A stretch of 55,557 bases of DNA from IMG/VR virus record IMGVR_UViG_3300042888_001173; one strand, written 5' to 3'. This document shows positions 1-6,701 of the stretch, piece by piece. Under the pieces are notes generated by a model. It had not been told where the DNA came from, did no database searches, and saw nothing but the letters and a program-made list of their open reading frames with translations. This DNA is from an uncultured virus (IMG/VR IMGVR_UViG_3300042888_001173) (lineage: Duplodnaviria; Heunggongvirae; Uroviricota; Caudoviricetes). The first letter of the stretch is position 1. The number at the start of each line of letters is the position of its first letter. The translations under genes and the position numbers were made by a program.

Positions 1-101
1 ACATCAAACGCAGCACCGGTTCCGGTTCCGCCTGTTAGGCCTGTGACATTTTGATAAGTTGCGTTAATTGGTTTGTCTTTGATCGTGATTGTTGTTGTCA
101 T
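1..101 (-). CDS. 5' part of a Thr/Gly-rich protein running off the window (MTTTITIKDKPINATYQNVTGLTGGTGTGAAFD...), possibly structural
   Basis: ATG at 101 preceded by AAAAGGAAAATT; frame is open to the window edge; TATAAT at 161-156 upstream. Confidence 0.7.
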   Translation of the reverse strand, partial: MTTTITIKDKPINATYQNVTGLTGGTGTGAAFD

Positions 102-155
102 AATTTTCCTTTTTAATAATATGAGTCATAAACTTAATTAGTGGTTTATACTACC

Positions 156-199
156 ATTATACGCAAAATATCAAACAAAACTTGTGCGTACACGCACAA
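156..199 (-). promoter_or_regulatory. TATAAT -10 with a palindromic TGTGC-N6-GCACA site centred near -41.5
   Basis: TTGTGCGT-AC-ACGCACAA at 182-199; TATAAT at 161-156; poor -35 hexamer. Confidence 0.45.
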
Positions 200-228
200 C
201 TTCGATGTGATAATTGATTAACTTTACC

Positions 229-254
229 AAAAAACCCGCCGAAGCGGGTTTTTT
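229..254. terminator. Bidirectional intrinsic terminator (UUCG loop on the minus strand)
   Basis: AAAAAACCCGC-CGAA-GCGGGTTTTTT downstream of the methyltransferase. Confidence 0.9.
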
Positions 255-267
255 GATTGTATTTAAT

Positions 268-1851
268 TTACTCGACAATGAATAAATTGTTAAATCTATC
301 TTCTGCTTCTTGATCTGTGATATCGTCGATAACCTCTGGCTCTTCTATATGTAGAGCTAGGAATCCTGCCATAGTTATTGTTTCTGCTTCAGCATCTAAT
401 GAGCTAATCCACTCTTTCATAAACTGTTTTGGTAGACAGAAGTAAAAACGTTTTCTTATTTGCTTTTGTTGCTTGTACCAGGGTTGAGCAGAAACATACT
501 TTATATAACTAAACACAAATTCGTACGGAAGGGAAATGCCCTCTTCGTTCTCAGTTGCGGTATTCCAATATACCTTAAATTTGTCTGTTAGGTTGTCAGC
601 CATATTTTTTAAAGGAACAGTCCTACAGCACCCCGGACTACTATTTCTAGTAATGTCATATTCACAATACCCAAAGTAATCAGTACTTCCGCTAGACGGA
701 TTAGATGTAAAGTAAAAACTAGGTTGCGGATTTGGATTTAGTTCGTATACAAAACTACATTTTTTTAATGCTATATTTCTAAAATAGAATCGTGTTACTT
801 TACGTTGCTGAATTGGTTTATAATTTTTGTCATCTGCAAAAATTGATAAATCTTTGACTACTGTTTTAACTTCGTTTATATAATCTGCAATTTGTTCTAA
901 TTTAGACTGTACTTTAACAGGGTCTTTACTGCTAAGAATTTTCAAATGGAATTTTTTATTGTGCGTTAAATCTGTAGCCAATGACGCCGCAGTAACGGGA
1001 TTACTAAAAATCCTAACCAATCTATTCTTAAATTCTGTTTGAGATTCACCAGGCGAACTAATTAGAAAACTTTCTGCAGGAACTGACCCTAAGTAAGTTT
1101 TTTTAAAAATTTGCTGAAATGGGATATCTGGTGATAATAGTTGTAATACTTCATCCACTGGCTCTTCTACTCCATTATGTAGAGTATTGTAGTTAGTAGT
1201 GTCGCCACCAATCTGCATACTAAGTACAATCAGTCCTTGTGCTACATTATCAAACTTGGATGGATCTACGTCGAACACTGCTACAATTTTAAAATACTTT
1301 TTTAAGAAGTTTTTAAATTGTAGATAAAATTTAGAATCGTTAGTAACTAGACTTTTTGGAATAACATAATGGATCCCGCCAGTATAGTTATTGGTAATCA
1401 TAATGTCTGCCGTTTTTATAATAAAGAAAACAGCTTCTTCTCTAATACCAGTAACTTCATACTTGTGTGCTAGTGCTTTTACATATTTTTTATGTGTAGT
1501 TAAACTGTATGCAGGGCTTCTAAAAGGAACATTGCCAATAAAAGATACACTCTTATTTTCAAAAACTAATTCTTTATCAATGTCATAAAAATTAGAATGG
1601 TACAGATCCAAATTAGGAAATCGGTCAACTCCCTTGTCGTACCATTCTTGATCAAGCTCAACTCCCACAATTTTTTTGTCAGGATACATTTCGATCATAG
1701 GTTCAATGAACCCGCAGCCCCCGAAACTAGGTTCAATTACAATATCAGAGTCAACTTTTATATTACCCAGAATTTCTTTAACAAGATCCACGGGTGTAAA
1801 AAATTGTCCTAACTGATATTTTTTTGATTGTATATTTTTTTCTTCTAGCAT
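268..1851 (-). CDS. Gamma-class N6-adenine DNA methyltransferase-like protein
   Basis: Motif X GQFFTP, motif I VIEPSFGGCGF, GVELD, motif IV variant GNVPF. Confidence 0.8.
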   Translation of the reverse strand: MLEEKNIQSKKYQLGQFFTPVDLVKEILGNIKVDSDIVIEPSFGGCGFIEPMIEMYPDKKIVGVELDQEWYDKGVDRFPNLDLYHSNFYDIDKELVFENKSVSFIGNVPFRSPAYSLTTHKKYVKALAHKYEVTGIREEAVFFIIKTADIMITNNYTGGIHYVIPKSLVTNDSKFYLQFKNFLKKYFKIVAVFDVDPSKFDNVAQGLIVLSMQIGGDTTNYNTLHNGVEEPVDEVLQLLSPDIPFQQIFKKTYLGSVPAESFLISSPGESQTEFKNRLVRIFSNPVTAASLATDLTHNKKFHLKILSSKDPVKVQSKLEQIADYINEVKTVVKDLSIFADDKNYKPIQQRKVTRFYFRNIALKKCSFVYELNPNPQPSFYFTSNPSSGSTDYFGYCEYDITRNSSPGCCRTVPLKNMADNLTDKFKVYWNTATENEEGISLPYEFVFSYIKYVSAQPWYKQQKQIRKRFYFCLPKQFMKEWISSLDAEAETITMAGFLALHIEEPEVIDDITDQEAEDRFNNLFIVE

Positions 1852-1858
1852 TTTATAT

Positions 1859-2572
1859 TTAGTACACCAAGTTTTCGTATTTAGATAAATCGTATTTAGA
1901 TAAATCTGTAAGGAATGGAGTTTCCCATGTGATGTCTAATAAGAACAAATCATGGAATTTTTCCGGTCTACTAATTTGTCCTTCTGTAGTGTGTCCTCGG
2001 TGTTGTGATTGTAACGGTATCATACCTTTAGTGAAATTATCAGCACCCGCGGTGGTTGAGATTAGGTGATAAGGAACCCAGTAATGCACAGCACCGTTGC
2101 CGAACACCGCAGAAAACAATCCGTAGTCAGCTTTGTCTGGATGTATCTGTTGAAAAGTGCCGCCACCGATATAATTATAACCTTTAGTAGCAAGCGGATT
2201 CTTTACAAGTTTCTTAGTACGTGCGCCTGCTTCTAGAGCATATCCTCTTTTTTCAATTGCTTTTGTAGAGTCACCTTTGGCTATTACAGTATATTTGATT
2301 TCCACACGGGCTCCCCGTAAATTTTGCAATTTAACAACAGCAGAGTCTAAAGTGGCATCATGGGTTTCGTCTTGCTTTTCTAATAGCCCAGATGATGCAC
2401 GTATTTTATCTTCCCATATATCACCTTTACGTTTAGATGAAATGGGAGCTTGTACAGGATAATACATTGCGTCAGGTAATCCATAAAACTCAGTCCACCG
2501 TGTTCGGTCTTGTGTTGACTGCAACAATCTGTATTCTTCAGTAGTTAAGTTTTTGATGTTATCGGAAATCAT
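1859..2572 (-). CDS. Putative PD-(D/E)XK restriction-type endonuclease; likely start is ATG 2572 rather than TTG 2650
   Basis: KGDIWE...HDATLD...RVEIKY catalytic pattern; adjacent to the MTase; a consensus promoter lies inside the longer ORF call. Confidence 0.55.
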   Translation of the reverse strand: MISDNIKNLTTEEYRLLQSTQDRTRWTEFYGLPDAMYYPVQAPISSKRKGDIWEDKIRASSGLLEKQDETHDATLDSAVVKLQNLRGARVEIKYTVIAKGDSTKAIEKRGYALEAGARTKKLVKNPLATKGYNYIGGGTFQQIHPDKADYGLFSAVFGNGAVHYWVPYHLISTTAGADNFTKGMIPLQSQHRGHTTEGQISRPEKFHDLFLLDITWETPFLTDLSKYDLSKYENLVY

Positions 2573-2615
2573 TTTAGTCTTTCTAGATGTGGCCGCTTGT
2601 TTAGCGTATGTGTTT

Positions 2616-2644
2616 ATTATACCGTCAATAGTGCCAAATGTCAA
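2616..2644 (-). promoter_or_regulatory. Consensus sigma70 promoter for the endonuclease/MTase pair
   Basis: TTGACA (2644-2639), 17 bp, TATAAT (2621-2616). Confidence 0.85.
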
Positions 2645-2659
2645 GTACAAAACAAAAAG

Positions 2660-2679
2660 AAAACCCGCCGAAGCGGGTT
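2660..2679 (-). terminator. Intrinsic terminator ending the tmRNA coding piece; identical to 231-250
   Basis: AACCCGC-TTCG-GCGGGTTTT on the minus strand. Confidence 0.8.
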
Positions 2680-3028
2680 CCGAGTTTCTGTTACGAGGTA
2701 TGTCTTACCCTAAGCTGAGTTTAGGCAGCTAATGCGAACTTTGAGTCGTTTGCGGTTACTTTTTTGTGTCTTCGACCGGGAGACCCCAATCCTAACGGCT
2801 TCTACATTGCCGAGCTGTCCACTCTGTTACTCTTTGCCCAATCGATCCTGTGTCAGGCCCATCAGAAAAACACTTATGTCTTGTTAAACCTTTACCTGGT
2901 GCCCAACTAAATCTATTAAAACAACTTGGGCACAATGCGGTGTACTTCATAAATATCCTTTTGGTGGACCTGGCGGGCACTGCCCCCGCGTCTTGAACTT
3001 ATTTCTCATCGCTTCATACAGCAATAAC
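2662..3028 (-). ncRNA. ssrA: Two-piece (circularly permuted) tmRNA: acceptor piece ~3028-2962, intervening segment 2961-2861, coding piece 2860-~2662
   Basis: 5' GGGCCUG (2860) pairs with CAGGUCC-ACCA (ends 2962) with a G3:U70 pair; T-arm GCGGG-GGCAGUG-CCCGC; tag frame ANDSKFALAA* at 2753-2721; the 3' half lies upstream of the 5' half. Confidence 0.93.
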
Positions 3029-3038
3029 TTATATTTAA

Positions 3039-3347
3039 CTACATTTTAACAGTTAAGTCAATGTCTTCTTGTTGCTTTTGGACTTCTTTCATAGGACGAA
3101 TAGGTTCTAACCAGGAATCTGGAATGTAGGCCTTTGGAGTATCTCCGTACATATTACTCAATCCAAATTCTGTGGCTATCCACCAAAAGTGATCTGTAAT
3201 AGCAGCCTTGCAGGCAATTCCCTTAAACTGAAATTCCTCACCTTGCGTAAAATGTCCCACATACTCATCCACCAACACAGTTTTGCCTATGTTGGTAGGC
3301 CGTATGCTCATGATAATTTTGGCAAGATCGCCTTGTTCACATTTCAT
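3039..3347 (-). CDS. Hypothetical phage protein
   Basis: 102-aa ORF overlapping the neighbouring gene end. Confidence 0.75.
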   Translation of the reverse strand: MKCEQGDLAKIIMSIRPTNIGKTVLVDEYVGHFTQGEEFQFKGIACKAAITDHFWWIATEFGLSNMYGDTPKAYIPDSWLEPIRPMKEVQKQQEDIDLTVKM

Positions 3348-3588
3348 TTTGTTTCATCAATCTAGTGTGTAAGATCATATTCTCAGTGACCAGTTTAGTG
3401 ATAGTGGCCAGCATGATTAATCTATCCGCATCTGTAATTGTTTCTTTGTCAAACTGTTCTAGAATACTAGAGCCTATCATTCGCATGGTCTGCTCTTGGC
3501 CTTTGGAAAATACTCCCCAGTCAAACGGGTCGCCTTCTTCGTGTGCAAAAGCAATATCCACAAGTTCATCAAGAGTTATTTTAGCCAT
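3337..3588 (-). CDS. Hypothetical protein
   Basis: 83-aa ORF with a GGAG RBS upstream. Confidence 0.75.
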   Translation of the reverse strand: MAKITLDELVDIAFAHEEGDPFDWGVFSKGQEQTMRMIGSSILEQFDKETITDADRLIMLATITKLVTENMILHTRLMKQNEM

Positions 3589-3995
3589 GCTATTTTTTCT
3601 CCTGTTTCTTTTCTTCGATCATATTCTTCTGGGGTACTGGGATATCTCCAGGCCCATACAGCTACGAGAGCCATAAAGATACCTGTATAGATAACACCAC
3701 GCAATGGCACTGTCCCAATACTCATTAAGATCAAACTCAACGACATCATGCCAATCATAAGATATTTCATCTTTTGTGGAAATACACGTTTCTCTGACCA
3801 ATTGCGTAGGAAAGGTCCAAACAGCTTGTGATTCATAATCCAGTTATGCATACGTTCTGAACTTCTTGCAAAACAAAAAGCACTTGCAACCACAAAGGGA
3901 CTATAAGGAATACCCGGAGTTATAACTCCAATGTATGCCATTACTAGGCAAAGACAGCCTAGAACAAAAAAGAACGCTTTTTTTAATTTAATCAT
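3576..3995 (-). CDS. YbaN/DUF454-family inner-membrane protein
   Basis: IGVITPGIPYSPF..A.FCFARSS.R.H.W...H..FGP...W pattern with TM helices. Confidence 0.85.
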   Translation of the reverse strand: MIKLKKAFFFVLGCLCLVMAYIGVITPGIPYSPFVVASAFCFARSSERMHNWIMNHKLFGPFLRNWSEKRVFPQKMKYLMIGMMSLSLILMSIGTVPLRGVIYTGIFMALVAVWAWRYPSTPEEYDRRKETGEKIAWLK

Positions 3996-4000
3996 ATTAT

Positions 4001-4264
4001 TTAATTAGCAAAGACATTTGACGACCCAGTCAATGGGTCGCCACAGGTGCAGGCATCTCCCTGACGGTTAACTGGTTTGTTCCCAGCAAACACATTCCCA
4101 CTTGCAGCCTGTGTTTTAGGACCACCATGTTCACCACTGCCATGACCTTCTACTGATGCAGCAGTTACGGATATAGGAGCATTATTGACTATTACCGAAG
4201 GAACCAGTGCTTCAATAACTAGCCCCCCACAGTTGTCTACATTGACTCTTGCTACGCCTGGCAT
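4001..4264 (-). CDS. PAAR-domain spike-tip protein (start ATG 4264)
   Basis: MPGVARV..., VFAGNKPVNRQGDACTCG...GSSNVFAN with His/Cys zinc ligands. Confidence 0.85.
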   Translation of the reverse strand: MPGVARVNVDNCGGLVIEALVPSVIVNNAPISVTAASVEGHGSGEHGGPKTQAASGNVFAGNKPVNRQGDACTCGDPLTGSSNVFAN

Positions 4265-4268
4265 ACTA

Positions 4269-4559
4269 TTAGGCCAACGCAATGCCAGTAGTTGATTCAA
4301 GAAATTGTTTGGCAAACTGTGAATCTGTTGCTTCGGCTACAGTAACAGTTGATTTTTGTAGTTTAACTTCAGTATCCGGATTGACTGTAAACAGGTAAGG
4401 CATTAAACCTGGACCTTTTGGCCCCATACCAATTACTTGCGGATTTTTTAGTTTATAATAAACTGCACCGTCTTCTACTAACTTGGCAACAATTTCTTCA
4501 CCACTTGTGAGTTTAAGAGTGATTACTTCGCCTGCTGATACGCCTTTATTAATTAACAT
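4269..4559 (-). CDS. Small Sm-like-fold phage protein
   Basis: VITLKLTSGEEIVAKL...LMPY pattern typical of myophage Sm-like proteins. Confidence 0.55.
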   Translation of the reverse strand: MLINKGVSAGEVITLKLTSGEEIVAKLVEDGAVYYKLKNPQVIGMGPKGPGLMPYLFTVNPDTEVKLQKSTVTVAEATDSQFAKQFLESTTGIALA

Positions 4560-4560
4560 T

Positions 4561-4788
4561 TTATACCTTTTCTAAATGTGCTTTAAGTTCTGTAAATCCA
4601 CCAATCAGTTCTTCGCCGATAAAAATCTGCGGAACTGTTCGTGCTGTTGGAACAGCTTCCAATAGTTCTTCTCGAGTATATCCGTCTCCAATTTTCTTTT
4701 CTTCGAACGGAATACCTCGTTGTTTTAACAAGGCCTTGGCCTGGTCACAATAGGGGCAATGGTACTTTGACCATACTGTTGCTTTCAT
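4561..4788 (-). CDS. grx: Glutaredoxin
   Basis: CPYC, TVPQIF, IGGF. Confidence 0.95.
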   Translation of the reverse strand: MKATVWSKYHCPYCDQAKALLKQRGIPFEEKKIGDGYTREELLEAVPTARTVPQIFIGEELIGGFTELKAHLEKV

Positions 4789-5237
4789 TTTATTTCCTTT
4801 GTGTCATATGTCTGTTGGAAGATGTCTTTTTTCACAGCACCATAGTCTCCTTCGCCGTGACGCACAATAACATCATTGCCTGCGGTATATTCCAAGTTGC
4901 CCCACGTGGCTTTAATAACGCCATCGTGATCAGCCAACTTAGCTATTTTGATTACACCACCCTTAGGGGTTCCTGTACCGTCATGATTGTCGTCGTATTT
5001 GTCATGAAAATTTTCAGGATCCAAAGGCCAAAATTCTTTCTTAGGACCCGGACCCATGATATAATGTCCTGCCTTATGCTCTACTGGACCTTCCAATGTT
5101 TGTGTAACTCCATCACTGTCGGCAATGGTATACGGCACTGGAATTGGCTTCTTAAAAGTTTTAAATGCCCCATCTTTAAACCAGCTATCGTCAATTTTAC
5201 CTTCAATGAGGTTAATGTATTCTCTTAGTGTTTTCAT
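4785..5237 (-). CDS. Hypothetical protein with internal duplication (PGDYG-like)
   Basis: TLEG...AGHYI...F..Y and TWG...AGNDVIV...GDYG...F..TY halves. Confidence 0.55.
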   Translation of the reverse strand: MKTLREYINLIEGKIDDSWFKDGAFKTFKKPIPVPYTIADSDGVTQTLEGPVEHKAGHYIMGPGPKKEFWPLDPENFHDKYDDNHDGTGTPKGGVIKIAKLADHDGVIKATWGNLEYTAGNDVIVRHGEGDYGAVKKDIFQQTYDTKEIK

Positions 5238-5239
5238 AA

Positions 5240-5407
5240 TTAACTTGAATATATAACTCTGCCTTTTTTATCAAGGACTCTAACCAGTATAGCACCTTTA
5301 GCTTTTTTGGCCAGGGCCATAGAAATGGCCTGAGATTCGGTGCCAGCACCGCCTATAGAATTCCAAGATTCAAAAGGACTTTTACTTTTAAATTGTACCT
5401 TGTACAT
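5240..5407 (-). CDS. 55-aa hypothetical protein (not in the ORF track)
   Basis: MYKVQFKSKSPFESWNSIGG...RVIYSS*; AGGA RBS; fills the gap after nrdB. Confidence 0.75.
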   Translation of the reverse strand: MYKVQFKSKSPFESWNSIGGAGTESQAISMALAKKAKGAILVRVLDKKGRVIYSS

Positions 5408-5415
5408 ATATATTC

Positions 5416-6516
5416 CTAGATGGCCGGTAGCTCATCGTAATCTAGGCTTTCTCCCATTATGCCAATGACATAATTTGTGCTTTCACTTTCTTGTAGTGCT
5501 GTTTGTTTCTTGCTAGTATCAGTGTGCTTGTTAAACCAAGGGATCGGAGTTGACTTAGGCGCTGTCGCCTGGTACTTGATACCAATTTGTTTTAGTGCAT
5601 CTACTGCTGTGTAGTCCACAAAATCACGTAGGATATTAGCGTTGAGTCCAATAACTGGTCCCATCTTAAACAGGTATGTGGCCCAATCTTTTTCTTCACG
5701 TATCACATCCATGTACAGTTGATACACTTCTGCTTCGCATTCTTGTTTGGCTTCAACAAACCGTGTGTCCTCTTTGACCACTTGGTTGATCAAATAGGCA
5801 GTCCATCCCTTGTGTAACAACTCGTCTTGTAGAATTAATTGAATAATATTACCATTGCCCATAAAGATTTTATTCTCTACCATTGCTAAACTAGTAGCAA
5901 AACTAACCATAAAACGGAATGCCTCAAGAGCATAACTTGCGTGTAAGGCCATCCATATTGCTCGGATGTGTTCTTTCTCTGTAACTGTCTCGCCTAGCTG
6001 TTTACGACAATTGATAACGTGAAGTGCTTCATAGTAGTTGCCCACACTTGATGCCATGTCTACAATTTCTTTAGTGTCATGTATGGTGTTAAACACATCT
6101 TTGGGTACATTGTAGATGTTGCGAATGATGTGGCTATAACTCTTGCTATGTATGTTGGTTTCAAAAAATGTCCAGTTGTATACTAGTGCTTCTAGTTCTG
6201 GCAAAGATATTACAGGCATAAAGATTTGACTTGGGCCACGTCCTTGTAAACTGTCTAAGGCTGTTTGGCGTAACAAGTTGCTGGTAAAGATATGCTTGAC
6301 AGCATCGCTGGCGTCTTTGAAGTCGTTTGAATCTTTGGTAAGACTGATCTCTTCTGGTTGCCAAAAGAAGCCACGTGCTGTTGCTTCAAAGTCGGCAATT
6401 TTTTTGTATTTGACTTCTTCAAATCTCTGTATGGTCACAGGCCCAGCTGGATCCAAAAACATCTTGCGATTAAGGTAGTCTGTCTTTGTGTTTAGGTTGT
6501 ATTGTTGTTTACTCAT
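5416..6516 (-). CDS. nrdB: Class Ia ribonucleotide reductase beta subunit
   Basis: FWQPEEI, LDSLQGR, ETNIHSKSY (radical Tyr), LEAFRF, DELLH. Confidence 0.97.
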   Translation of the reverse strand: MSKQQYNLNTKTDYLNRKMFLDPAGPVTIQRFEEVKYKKIADFEATARGFFWQPEEISLTKDSNDFKDASDAVKHIFTSNLLRQTALDSLQGRGPSQIFMPVISLPELEALVYNWTFFETNIHSKSYSHIIRNIYNVPKDVFNTIHDTKEIVDMASSVGNYYEALHVINCRKQLGETVTEKEHIRAIWMALHASYALEAFRFMVSFATSLAMVENKIFMGNGNIIQLILQDELLHKGWTAYLINQVVKEDTRFVEAKQECEAEVYQLYMDVIREEKDWATYLFKMGPVIGLNANILRDFVDYTAVDALKQIGIKYQATAPKSTPIPWFNKHTDTSKKQTALQESESTNYVIGIMGESLDYDELPAI

Positions 6517-6701
6517 TTTAAGTAATCCACGTGTGCTACAGCCCTCCAGAGATCTAGTCTTGGAGGTTCTCCATTATCGGGTTCTTTGTATACGATTCTT
6601 ATCTCAACATTGTTGGGATGAAGTTCAGCCATTAAAGAATTTATTGTTTCCAACGCTGCTTTAATGTTTTCTATTTGTTGTCCAATATTTTGTGTTGTCA
6701 T
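6513..6701 (-). CDS. Hypothetical protein between nrdA and nrdB
   Basis: 62 aa, with 4-nt overlaps to both flanking genes. Confidence 0.65.
   Translation of the reverse strand: MTTQNIGQQIENIKAALETINSLMAELHPNNVEIRIVYKEPDNGEPPRLDLWRAVAHVDYLK

Noticed and set aside
2573..2650. N-terminal extension of the endonuclease ORF (TTG start at 2650)
   Set aside because: The region contains a consensus promoter and directly follows a terminator, with no RBS
2962..3000. Stand-alone tRNA gene
   Set aside because: Only a T-arm and acceptor 3' strand are present, and they pair with the tmRNA 5' end at 2860
4641..5228. 195-aa plus-strand ORF and similar antisense ORFs in the track (e.g. 10256-10759, 30331-30822)
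   Set aside because: These are shadows of well-supported genes on the opposite strand, with no RBS or motifs
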